Origin: Dehalococcoidales bacterium
GTDB taxonomy: Bacteria > Chloroflexota > Dehalococcoidia > Dehalococcoidales > BS750m-G39
DNA length: 64,000 nt
Direction of reading: 5' to 3'
Assembly (NCBI GenBank): GCA_034419075.1
Contig: DAOULR010000004.1
Coordinates: 42,511-106,510, forward strand
Numbering within the stretch: position 1 is the first letter of the stretch; every line of letters begins with the position of its first letter. The notes beneath the pieces were generated by a model that saw only the letters and a list, made by a program, of their open reading frames with translations, ran no database searches and was not told the DNA's origin. Shown here one piece after another: positions 38,928 to 47,232 of the stretch. A program made the position numbers and the translations under genes.

Positions 38928-39430
38928 CTTTTCTCCTCGCTTTCGGCTACCAGGCTTTCCAGGTGCATTCGGCGCAGGTGGCAGATAGCTACGGCCAGGG
39001 CGTCGGCGGCGTCGGTGGGGTGGGGGGCTTCGGTCAGGTTTAATTGTAGTTTTACCATCTCCTGTACCTGCTCCTTGGTGCTGACGCCGTAGTCGGTAAC
39101 CCGCTTTTTGACCTCGGCGGGGGAGTATTCGTAGGCGGTGATTTTCACCTCGGCGGCGGCCAGGATGGCGATGGCCTGCGCTCGACCTATGGCCAGCGCC
39201 GTCCTGACGTTCATGGCCACAAATGGGCTCTCGATGGCGATGACGTCGGGGTTAAAGCGGGCAATTACCTCCCGGAGTCCCTGGTATATATAGCTCAAAC
39301 GCTCCCCGATGGGGGAGCGCTCGGAGGCGGTCAGGGCGCCGCAGTCAACAAAGGTTGCCTCATCGTCTTCGGCCTTGATGACCCCGTAGCCCGTGGTTAT
39401 CGTGCCCGGGTCAATGCCTAATATTATCAT
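38924..39430 (-). CDS. ruvC: Crossover junction endodeoxyribonuclease RuvC
   Basis: 168 aa. ILGIDPG start, RNase H-like fold, AADALAVAICH. 4-nt overlap with ruvA. Confidence 0.92.
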   Translation of the reverse strand: MIILGIDPGTITTGYGVIKAEDDEATFVDCGALTASERSPIGERLSYIYQGLREVIARFNPDVIAIESPFVAMNVRTALAIGRAQAIAILAAAEVKITAYEYSPAEVKKRVTDYGVSTKEQVQEMVKLQLNLTEAPHPTDAADALAVAICHLRRMHLESLVAESEEKR

Positions 39431-39440
39431 CGGGGCTGGC

Positions 39441-40190
39441 TCACGATTGGTATTTCTCCAGTATGGCGTCGGAGAAGTCGGCGTTGCAGGCGACGCTTTG
39501 CACCTCGTCCAGTTCCTCCAGCATATCGAGCAATTTTAGGGTCTGCAGGGCGGCCTTTTCTTCCAGTTCGACGACGCTCTTGGGCACCAGGCAGACCTCG
39601 GCCGAGTTGACGGTCATCTTCTTCTGCTCCAGCGCTTCCCGGACCTTTTCCAACTCGGCGGGTTTGGTGTAGACCTCCAGGTATTTGTTCTCTATCTTGA
39701 CGTCGTCGGCGCCGGTGTCGATGGCCTCAAGCGCCAGTTCTTCGGCGTCCTGGGCGTTGGTGGGGACGGTGATTAAGCCGCGCGAATCGAAGAGCCAGGC
39801 GACACTGCCGCTTTCACTCAGGTTGCCGCCGTGGCGGGTAAAGATATTCCTCACCTCTTGCAGGGTGCGGTTACGGTTGTCACTGAGCGCCTGTACCAGT
39901 ATGGCCACGCCGCTGGGGCCGTAGCCTTCGAGGACCATCTCGACCAGGACGGCGCCTTCGGCGCGGCCGCTGCCTCGTTTGATGGCGCGCTCAATGTTGT
40001 CCAGGGGCATGCTGTTGTCGCGGGCTTTCTGCACCGCCAGCCTCAAGCGGAAGTTAGCCTCGGGGTTGGGACCACCCTCCCGCACCGCCACGATAATCTC
40101 GCGGGCCAGCTTGGTGAAGAGCTGACCGCGGCGGTCGTCAGCCACCCCTTTTTTCCGCTTGATAGTTGACCACTTGGAATGACCCGACAT
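39441..40190 (-). CDS. yebC: YebC/PmpR-family DNA-binding regulator
   Basis: Start at ATG 40188-40190 (MSGHSKWSTIKRKKG..., hallmark N-terminus). 249 aa. Confidence 0.9.
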   Translation of the reverse strand: MSGHSKWSTIKRKKGVADDRRGQLFTKLAREIIVAVREGGPNPEANFRLRLAVQKARDNSMPLDNIERAIKRGSGRAEGAVLVEMVLEGYGPSGVAILVQALSDNRNRTLQEVRNIFTRHGGNLSESGSVAWLFDSRGLITVPTNAQDAEELALEAIDTGADDVKIENKYLEVYTKPAELEKVREALEQKKMTVNSAEVCLVPKSVVELEEKAALQTLKLLDMLEELDEVQSVACNADFSDAILEKYQS

Positions 40191-40241
40191 AGCTACCTCT
40201 TTAGTAGATTCTAGCACCTCGCCTGTTGGGGGTCAAAGGGT

Positions 40242-40607
40242 TCATTTCGTATCGCCAATGGCGATGGCGATAGCGTATTCCTTGGAGTGGGAGAGGCTGA
40301 CGGTAAGATTTTCTAAGCCCAGCGCTTTGGCTTGGTTTTGTGCCTCGCCGTAGAGGTTGACCAGGGGTTTACTCTTATCGTCAGCCAGTATCTCGATGTC
40401 TTTGAGGCTAGCGCCCGCCGTCGGTTTGCCCAGTGCCTTTATCACCGCTTCCTTGGCGGCGAAGCGCGCCGCCAGCGAGGGCAGCTTCCAGCGGTAGGCT
40501 TTTATCTCGGCGCCGGTGTAAATCCGCTGGAGGAAGGCTTCTCCCTGGCGGGCGATGGCCGCTTTTATACGGGCGATTTCAATTATATCAACGCCGATAG
40601 CGTGCAT
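40242..40607 (-). CDS. acpS: Holo-[acyl-carrier-protein] synthase
   Basis: 121 aa. GVDIIEIARI start and FAAKEAVIKA motif. Confidence 0.88.
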   Translation of the reverse strand: MHAIGVDIIEIARIKAAIARQGEAFLQRIYTGAEIKAYRWKLPSLAARFAAKEAVIKALGKPTAGASLKDIEILADDKSKPLVNLYGEAQNQAKALGLENLTVSLSHSKEYAIAIAIGDTK

Positions 40608-40666
40608 GTGTTGGGATTATAGTCTATTTGCGGGGGGTGTTCAAGGGTGGAAAGGTTGATTTACTG

Positions 40667-40874
40667 CCCCACCCCCGGGTCTTTTTACCCACACCAGACC
40701 GCCCACAAAGGTCTTTCAAAGGGGGGCTACGCCCCCCTTAAGAACCTCCCAAAAATCTTTGGAACTGGCGTTTGTTTTGATTCCTCAACCGTCTGGGGGT
40801 TTGAAAGGGGGCTTTGCCCCTTTCTACCTTAAAAGGGTGGTGGGTGGGAATAGATAAAATCGGGGTGGGAGGGG
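40667..40874. repeat. MITE-like palindromic element, copy D (~208 bp)
   Basis: Left CCCCACCCCCGGG... with hairpin GGGGGGCTACGCCCCCC. Right arm GGGGGTTTGAAAGGGGGCTTTGCCCCTTTCTACCTTAAAAGGGTGGTGGGTGGGAATAGATAAAATCGGGGTGGGAGGGG. Only a partial flank match (ATTT). Confidence 0.65.
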
Positions 40875-40975
40875 ATTTGGAATTTGGTTGCCGCAGGTGT
40901 TAAAATTAGGGGCGGAGTAAGTCCGTATTTTTTTATAATTATTGAACTATGGGTTGTTTCTAGAAAGAGGACTTA

Positions 40976-41782
40976 ATGAACTACAGGCTGTTGGTGGTAG
41001 ATATTGACGGCACCTTGCTGGGCAGCGAGGGCGGCATCTCGGATAAGGATAAGAAAGCGCTGGCCGCGGCCAGGCGGGCGGGGGTGAAGGTCTGCCTCTC
41101 CACGGGGCGGGCGGCCCAGGGTTGCCATTGGATTGTGGATGAGCTTTCGCTGGACGGCTATCACATATTCTTCGATGGGGCGCTGGTATCAGGGCCGAAT
41201 AAGGAGCTCTACGTCGAGCCGCTGGAGAGGGGGGTGGTCAAGGAGGTGGTTGATTTCGTCCGTAAGAACGATATCTATCTGGAGCTTTATTCGGCGAAGG
41301 ACTACTTCGTCGAGCGGGAGAACTGGGCGACGGAGATTCACCGCAGTTACTTTAAGCTGGAGCCTATGGTGGTAGATTTTACTAAACTGAGGGGTGGTCA
41401 GAGGTTTATCAAGGGGGGGCTGATAACGCGCGACGACGAGGAGGTGGCTAAGGCGAAGAGCTTCCGTAACCACTTCGACCGCAGCCTGCGTTTTTCGGTG
41501 GCCCGCTCGCCAGCCTATCCCGGCGTGGAGTTCATCAACGTGGTGGCCCCTGAGGTTTCCAAGGGGAAGGCGCTGACGGGGCTGGCTTCGCACTTGGGGG
41601 TATCGCTGAGCGAGGTTATGGCTATCGGGGACGGCACCAATGACATCAGCCTGCTATCCATCGCCGGGCTGGCGGTGGCTATGGGCAATGCCCCCGATGA
41701 GGTCAAGGCGGTGGCCCACCGCGTTACTGATGAGGTGGGGAAGAGCGGGGTGGCGGCGGCGATTAATAAGTTTTTGCTTTGA
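40976..41782 (+). CDS. Cof-type HAD-IIB phosphatase
   Basis: 268 aa. Motif I VVDIDGTLL. Motif IV GDGTNDISLL. Confidence 0.85.
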   Translation: MNYRLLVVDIDGTLLGSEGGISDKDKKALAAARRAGVKVCLSTGRAAQGCHWIVDELSLDGYHIFFDGALVSGPNKELYVEPLERGVVKEVVDFVRKNDIYLELYSAKDYFVERENWATEIHRSYFKLEPMVVDFTKLRGGQRFIKGGLITRDDEEVAKAKSFRNHFDRSLRFSVARSPAYPGVEFINVVAPEVSKGKALTGLASHLGVSLSEVMAIGDGTNDISLLSIAGLAVAMGNAPDEVKAVAHRVTDEVGKSGVAAAINKFLL

Positions 41783-41808
41783 TGGGGTGTTATGTAGGTT
41801 GACTGCCT

Positions 41809-41818
41809 GTGCTATAAT
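41809..41818 (+). promoter_or_regulatory. Extended -10 promoter element for the collagen-propeller gene
   Basis: TGC-TATAAT (TGn extended -10). No good -35 at 17 nt. Implies a ~145-nt leader. Confidence 0.4.
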
Positions 41819-41887
41819 ATTCGTTAATGGCTTTTTAATCACTCAGAGAGATTATAAAAGCAGAAAGCGATTGTCAGTGAGAAATTT

Positions 41888-41934
41888 GGGGTGTTCATGG
41901 TCTGGATTTTCGGCTATGATACCCCAATTTTTTT
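41888..41934 (+). promoter_or_regulatory. Terminator-like hairpin inside the 5' leader (possible attenuator)
   Basis: GGGGTGTTCATGG...CTATGATACCCC imperfect stem followed by AATTTTTTT, 36 nt before the ATG at 41971. Confidence 0.4.
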
Positions 41935-41970
41935 ATGCCATAGGGAGATAGAACAGCCTGGGAGAGAGAA

Positions 41971-43176
41971 ATGAAGCAAGCAGTTAAGGTAGTCGTTTTT
42001 CTGGTGATTCTGGCATTGATTATGGTGCCGCTGGCGGCCTGCGACCTGGAGCAGGATGGGCAGGTGGCGCAGGTGGAGCAGGGTCCAGCAGGGCCACAGG
42101 GGCCGGCAGGGCCAGCGGGTCCAGCGGGGCCAAGAGGATCGCAGGGTCCAGCGGGGCCACAGGGACCGCAGGGAGAGCCAGGGCCAGCGGGGCCTCAGGG
42201 ACCAGCGGGGGCGCAGGGAGCCATCGGGCCACAGGGTGCCACTGGGCTAATGGGACCTCCAGGTCCAGCGGGAGAGGCAGGGGCGGCGGGGACTTCGTTG
42301 AACCCGATGCAGATTGCCCTGCTGCGGTGGTGGGAAGCCAATGAGACGGGCATAACCTACAGCGTGGGCGCGAGCACCAACCCCGTGGGCATCTGCTTCG
42401 ACGGCGAGAACATCTGGACCGCCAATAATGCCAGTGCTAATGTGACCAAGCTTAAAGCCATCGACGGCACCGAGTGTGCCGGCAGTCCCTACGCTGTGGG
42501 TAATGCCCCCAACGGTATATGCTTCGACGGGAAATACATCTGGACTGCCAATTACGCCAGCAATAATGTAACCAAGCTCCTGGCCAGCGACGGCAGCTTG
42601 GTCGGCACCTATCCCGTCACCGAACCCCTGGCCATCTGCTTCGACGGCGCTAACATCTGGGTCACCCAATACTCCAGCACTAATGTCCACAAGCTGAGAC
42701 CCAGCGACGGTGTTGTGCTGGGTACCTATACTGTGGGCTACGACCCCTATGGAATCTGCTTCGACGGCGAGAACATCTGGGTCTCTGGTAACGGCCCTGA
42801 CACGGTAACCAAGCTTAGAGCCAGCGACGGTGCTTGGCTCGGCACCTACAATGTGGGCGACTCTCCCCACGACATATGTTTCGACGGGGAGAACATCTGG
42901 GTAACCAATCAAGTAGACGGCACAGTGACCAAGCTGAGAGCCAGCGACGGCAGCTTGGTCGGCACCTACAATGTGGGCACCAATCCCATGTACATCTGCT
43001 TCGACGGTGAGAACATCTGGGTAGTTAACCACAACGACAATACGGTAACCAAGCTGAAAGCCAGCGACGGTAGCCCGGTCGGCACCTACAACGTCGGTAC
43101 TAACCCTCACGGCATCTGCTTCGATGGTGCCAATATCTGGGTTACTAATAGCGATGGTACGGTAAGCAAGCTCTAG
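41971..43176 (+). CDS. Collagen-like lipoprotein with C-terminal seven-blade beta-propeller (NHL/Vgb-like repeats)
   Basis: 401 aa. Lipobox signal MVPLAAC. 23 Gly-X-Y triplets (nt ~42082-42291). Seven ~40-aa repeats P..ICFDG.NIWV.N....VTKL.ASDGS.VGTYNVG. Confidence 0.85.
   Translation: MKQAVKVVVFLVILALIMVPLAACDLEQDGQVAQVEQGPAGPQGPAGPAGPAGPRGSQGPAGPQGPQGEPGPAGPQGPAGAQGAIGPQGATGLMGPPGPAGEAGAAGTSLNPMQIALLRWWEANETGITYSVGASTNPVGICFDGENIWTANNASANVTKLKAIDGTECAGSPYAVGNAPNGICFDGKYIWTANYASNNVTKLLASDGSLVGTYPVTEPLAICFDGANIWVTQYSSTNVHKLRPSDGVVLGTYTVGYDPYGICFDGENIWVSGNGPDTVTKLRASDGAWLGTYNVGDSPHDICFDGENIWVTNQVDGTVTKLRASDGSLVGTYNVGTNPMYICFDGENIWVVNHNDNTVTKLKASDGSPVGTYNVGTNPHGICFDGANIWVTNSDGTVSKL
42376..43173 (+). 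repeat. Seven tandem ~120-bp coding repeats (propeller blades)
   Basis: ATCTGCTTCGACGG..A.ATCTGG recurs at 42391, 42517, 42634, 42754, 42874, 42994 and 43114 (spacing 126, 117, 120, 120, 120, 120). Confidence 0.85.
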
Positions 43177-43200
43177 GAGGGATTTGAGAGAAAGTCAACC

Positions 43201-43230
43201 GAGAGCCAGGGTTTTTAGGCCCTGGCTCTC
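43201..43230. terminator. Hairpin terminator between convergent genes
   Basis: GAGAGCCAGGG-TTTTTAG-GCCCTGGCTCTC: perfect 11-12-bp stem. Confidence 0.6.
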
Positions 43231-43274
43231 AGCTTATTCGGTTTTGATTTAGGGCCGCTTGATTAACAGGCGGT

Positions 43275-44126
43275 TTATTCTTTGCTGCGGACGGCCTTAA
43301 CGACTCCGGTCGCCACCAGGGCCGCGCCCACGACTATGGCAATCCAGAAGCCATAGACCGATAGCCAAAGTATGAGGCTGCGATTGCCTTGGGCATCATC
43401 AACCAGCTCGTCTATGGTATCGTCGTCGAAGACTATGCTGGAAATATAGTAGGGCATCTTGGTTTCGGGCCCGACGACCATACTGTAGGTCGAATTGCTC
43501 ATGGTGTAAACGGTGGTACCGGTTACCGGCTCCACCTTCAGGCTGATGTCTATGTCCAAAACCTGAGGGATACCGGTCCCTTCCTGGGCGCCAATGTCCA
43601 GGTCCTGCTCGCTGATGGCGAAGTCGTAGACGGTCAGGCCGTGGAATTCTTCTTCACCGGTAAAGGCGGCTTCCAGGGGACGCCCGGCACTGAGAATCCA
43701 TATGGAGTAGCTTTCCTTTTCTAAATCGGAAGGGAAGCAGAACTGGCCGCTACGTGGCATACCATCAGCTTGGTTGGCCACAAACGCCCGGGTAGAGCGG
43801 TCAACACTCATCTCCCCATAGGCACCAAAATCGGGCAGTTCCATGCCAGCCAGGGCGTGGGTGCAGGTAACCGTCTCACTGATGGTGAGCACGTTGTCCT
43901 GGACGCCCATTGCATCTTGCAATCGCTGTACGAGCACCGGAATTTCGTCCAGCGTTTGGGTATCGGGGTTGAGCACGTAATAGGTGCCCTCGAAGTTGAT
44001 GTCTCTGTGGTGGTCTGCGGGGATTTTGACCATGCCGGGGAAGATGGCCAACAGCCAGACCAGGGCGAAAACGACCAGGACCAGACCAATGACGGTCAGG
44101 CTCAGGCTCCCACCTTTCATTCTCAT
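43275..44126 (-). CDS. DUF3068-like membrane-anchored protein
   Basis: 283 aa, N- and C-terminal TM helices flanking a large extracytoplasmic domain. N-terminal pattern (FPGMVKIPADHHRDINFEGTY) recalled from DUF3068. Assignment tentative. Confidence 0.5.
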   Translation of the reverse strand: MRMKGGSLSLTVIGLVLVVFALVWLLAIFPGMVKIPADHHRDINFEGTYYVLNPDTQTLDEIPVLVQRLQDAMGVQDNVLTISETVTCTHALAGMELPDFGAYGEMSVDRSTRAFVANQADGMPRSGQFCFPSDLEKESYSIWILSAGRPLEAAFTGEEEFHGLTVYDFAISEQDLDIGAQEGTGIPQVLDIDISLKVEPVTGTTVYTMSNSTYSMVVGPETKMPYYISSIVFDDDTIDELVDDAQGNRSLILWLSVYGFWIAIVVGAALVATGVVKAVRSKE

Positions 44127-44177
44127 TGCGATAAACCTCCTTACGTTTACCTAGCGTTAATAGGTATATAGTGGAGC

Positions 44178-44206
44178 ATTATACAGTGCAGATGAAACTT
44201 TTGCAA
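44178..44206 (-). promoter_or_regulatory. Promoter of the DUF3068-like gene
   Basis: Minus strand TTGCAA, 17-nt spacer, TATAAT. Confidence 0.55.
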
Positions 44207-44285
44207 TAGTTAGCTTTAAAGAGGTGGAGTTATATGGAGTTAAATAACGTCAGCTTTGGTGAGTTACCGTGACCCTGGCGATGTC

Positions 44286-45266
44286 TTAAAGGTGGAGCTC
44301 GATAATATCGCCGTCCTTTAAGATATGGTCGCGTCTGGCCATGACGCCGTCGTGCTTGGCCGAGCCCCAGATGCGGGCGTACTTCATCTTAGCGCGGAAG
44401 TCCTTGTGCACCGCTTCGGCGGCGTCGGCCAGGGTGCTGCCCTTCTTCAGGATGATGGGGTCGTTGGGGTCGGGCTTTTTGCCGGGGGCCTTGGTGTAGA
44501 CGCGGATGATATCTAATACTTCGTAGATTTTGCCCCTAAGCTCCTCTAATCCCGCGCCCTCGGTGGCGGAGATGGCGATGAGGGGGAAACGCTTGCCGTA
44601 TTCGGTCTTCAGAATCGCGAAATTACGCCCGTCTGTGTCCAAATCGCTCTTGTTGCCGACGACGAGCGCCTTCTGGTGCCAGACGGTGAACTCGGGGTCT
44701 AATTCGGTATCACCTTCGCCAATCAATATCCTCATCTTCTTGAGCTGCTCGGTGACGGCCTGCATCTGCTCCAGCGGTTCGGCGCTCAAATCAATAATGA
44801 CGAGCAGGGCGTCGGCTCTTCGGAGCAGCGGCGGCATCCAGAACTCGGTAGTCTGGGGGGCGAGGGGTGGGGTATCGATGAGCTGAATCTTGATGTTCTC
44901 GAACTCCATCATGCCGGGGAGGGCCTGGTGGGTGGTGAAGGGATAGTCGGCGACGGGCGGGGAGGCATTGGTGATAGCGGCCACGATTTGAGACTTGCCC
45001 GCGTTGGGCAGGCCAGCCAGCGCCAGCTGGGCAGCGCCTTCCTTTTCGATAACCAAAGATGCCCGCCGTGCGCCGCTCTTCTTGGCGGCCTGCTGACTGA
45101 GCTTGGCGATGCGACCTCTCAGCTCGGCGCGGAGGTGGTCGGTGCCCTTGTGCTTGGGCATGATGGCCAGCATCTCTTCCAGGGCGGCTATCTTTTCCAG
45201 GGGGTCTTTGGCCTCCCGGAAGGCCTTTTCGGCCTCGAAGTATTGCGGCGGCAGGTTAGCCGGCAT
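44286..45266 (-). CDS. DRG/Rbg1-like OBG-family GTPase with C-terminal TGS domain
   Basis: 326 aa. G1 GLPNAGKSQ, G3 DTPP, G4 NKSD. C-terminal TGS-like IRVYTKAPGKKPD...ARIWGSAKHDG...LKDGDIIELH. Confidence 0.8.
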   Translation of the reverse strand: MPANLPPQYFEAEKAFREAKDPLEKIAALEEMLAIMPKHKGTDHLRAELRGRIAKLSQQAAKKSGARRASLVIEKEGAAQLALAGLPNAGKSQIVAAITNASPPVADYPFTTHQALPGMMEFENIKIQLIDTPPLAPQTTEFWMPPLLRRADALLVIIDLSAEPLEQMQAVTEQLKKMRILIGEGDTELDPEFTVWHQKALVVGNKSDLDTDGRNFAILKTEYGKRFPLIAISATEGAGLEELRGKIYEVLDIIRVYTKAPGKKPDPNDPIILKKGSTLADAAEAVHKDFRAKMKYARIWGSAKHDGVMARRDHILKDGDIIELHL

Positions 45267-45269
45267 TTT

Positions 45270-47087
45270 CTAGAGATACTCCTTTATCTTTTGCGCTAGA
45301 CTCTCCGTTATCCTACTGACTTTAGCCAGCTCTTCAACGCTGGCTTCACGTATACCTTTTAGCGAGCCGAAATGACGAATTAAGGCCTTCTTACGCTTGG
45401 CGCCGATACCGGGGACGCTATCCAGTACCGAGGCAAAGCTCTCCCTTTTTCTTATTCTATGATGATAACCGAGGGCAAAGCGGTGAGCCTCGTCCCTAAG
45501 ACGCTGCAACAGCTGCAGTCCGGGGGAGGAGGGGGGCAAAACGATGGGCTTGGCCCGGCCGGGGATAAAAAGCTCCTCGTTTTCCTTGGTCAGCCCGGCG
45601 GCGGGGATGGCCTCGGCTCCCATTTCCCGCATCGCTTTGATGGCGGCGCTTAGCTGCCCCTTGCCGCCGTCGATGAGCACCATGTCGGGCTTAATCGCCC
45701 ATGTTCCCGAAGCGGCCTCCGCCCGTTTGAAGCGCCTTTTGAGTACCTCGGCGAGCATGGCGTAGTCGTCGGCGCCGCTAACGCTCTTTATCTTGAAACG
45801 TCGGTAGTGCGCTGGCTTGGGTTTGCCCTTGTCGAAGACGACCATGCTGCCCACCGCCGCCATTCCCTGAATATCGGAAATATCATAGCCCTCGATGCGG
45901 TCGGGGGAGTGGGGGAGGTTAAGCTCTTCCTTAATCTCCGCTAGTGCTGCCGAAAGCGCTTTGGGAGAAGCCAGCTGCTTTATCTTCAACTGCTCCAGAC
46001 CCTGTTTGGCATTCTGGGCCACGATATCTACTAATTGCTTTTTGTTGCCCCGTTGTGGCACCTGAATCTTGACGGCGCCGCCCCGCTTGTCGGAAAGCCA
46101 CTTTTGCAGGGTGTCCTTATCCTCCACCGGGTGCTGGAGTAAAAGTAGGGGAGGGATGTGGGGGGCGGAAGAATAAAACTGCTGGATAAAACTTGACATA
46201 ATACTATTCGGCTCTTCGTGGCGGGTGCCCTGGAGGACAAAGCTTTCACGGCCTATCAATTTGCCGTTGCGGATGAAAAACACCTGGACGTAAGCCCGGT
46301 CCCTCTCGGCGCTGAAGGCGATGACGTCCTGCTCACCTCTCGTCTTAGTGGCGATGCGCTGACCCTCGACCACCGCCTCCACCGCCTGAATCTGGTCGCG
46401 GAGGCGGGCGGCTTTCTCAAAGTCCATATTTTCCGCCGCCTGATTCATCCTGTTTTCCAGCTGCTTAACCACCTTCTCCTGCTTGCCCTCAAGAAAGAGG
46501 ATGACTTGCTTGATGAGCTCGTCGTATTCGGTACGGCTGACCTTACCGATGCAGGGGGCCAGGCAGTGGCCAATGTCGTATTGGAGGCAGGCTCTGGGGT
46601 CGTCTCCGCTAATCTGGCGGGTGCAGGAGCGGAAGGGGAAGATGCCTTTTAGCAGCTTTAGGGTCTGGCGTATTGACTTGGCGCTGGCGAAGGGACCGAA
46701 ATAGCGCCCGCCGTTTTCCACCAGTTTTCGGGTGATGTGGACACGGGGCCAGTCTTCGCCCAAGTCTATCTTGAGGTAGGGGAAGGTCTTATCGTCCCTG
46801 AGGCGGGCGTTGTAGCGAGGGTGGTGCTGCTTGATAAGGTTCAGCTCCAGGATCAGGGCTTCCTGCTCCGAGGCGGTGACGAAGTACTCCAGGTCTTTGA
46901 CCTGACTCACCATGCGCCGAGTTTTGGGTGTCAACTTTTGCTCGGAGCCGAAGTAGGAGCTTACCCGATGGCGCAGGCTGGCGGCTTTGCCTACATAGAT
47001 GATGTTGCCCTCGGCGTCTTTGAAGAGGTAGACACCGGGGGTGGGTGGTAGCCCTTTTATCTGTTCCGTAATATAGCTGGTCGTCAT
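45270..47087 (-). CDS. uvrC: Excinuclease ABC subunit C
   Basis: 605 aa. GIY-YIG (GVYLFKDAEGNIIYVGKA), UVR domain, C-terminal HhH pair. Confidence 0.93.
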   Translation of the reverse strand: MTTSYITEQIKGLPPTPGVYLFKDAEGNIIYVGKAASLRHRVSSYFGSEQKLTPKTRRMVSQVKDLEYFVTASEQEALILELNLIKQHHPRYNARLRDDKTFPYLKIDLGEDWPRVHITRKLVENGGRYFGPFASAKSIRQTLKLLKGIFPFRSCTRQISGDDPRACLQYDIGHCLAPCIGKVSRTEYDELIKQVILFLEGKQEKVVKQLENRMNQAAENMDFEKAARLRDQIQAVEAVVEGQRIATKTRGEQDVIAFSAERDRAYVQVFFIRNGKLIGRESFVLQGTRHEEPNSIMSSFIQQFYSSAPHIPPLLLLQHPVEDKDTLQKWLSDKRGGAVKIQVPQRGNKKQLVDIVAQNAKQGLEQLKIKQLASPKALSAALAEIKEELNLPHSPDRIEGYDISDIQGMAAVGSMVVFDKGKPKPAHYRRFKIKSVSGADDYAMLAEVLKRRFKRAEAASGTWAIKPDMVLIDGGKGQLSAAIKAMREMGAEAIPAAGLTKENEELFIPGRAKPIVLPPSSPGLQLLQRLRDEAHRFALGYHHRIRKRESFASVLDSVPGIGAKRKKALIRHFGSLKGIREASVEELAKVSRITESLAQKIKEYL

Positions 47088-47161
47088 ACCGATTTATTTT
47101 AGCATAGCCTGTGAGCGGGGCAAAGTTTGGGAGGGTTAGTCCGGAAAAGGGGTAAAAATCG

Positions 47162-47190
47162 TTGACGCTGGCTATGTTCGTTGCTATAAT
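47162..47190 (+). promoter_or_regulatory. Strong sigma70-type promoter of the collagen-like triplet
   Basis: TTGACG, 17-nt spacer, TATAAT, 43 nt before the ATG at 47233. Confidence 0.65.
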
Positions 47191-47232
47191 CCCAGCAGCG
47201 TGTTTGTATTTAGAGACGGCTAAGGAGGCGAG

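Noticed and set aside
40658-40882. Target-site duplication for repeat copy D (ATTTACTG vs ATTTGGAA), and TSDs for copies B and E.
   Set aside because: Only 4 of 8 nt match at copy D, and none convincingly at B or E. Only copy A shows an unambiguous TSD, so the mobility claim rests on that copy until more copies are examined.
42082-42291. Short-period GC-rich repeats (also 47317-47514, 48144-48344, 48933-49130) considered as possible CRISPR or non-coding tandem arrays.
   Set aside because: The period is 9 nt (Gly-X-Y codons), with no spacer/repeat alternation. The tracts are in frame within ORFs that have signal peptides and folded domains.
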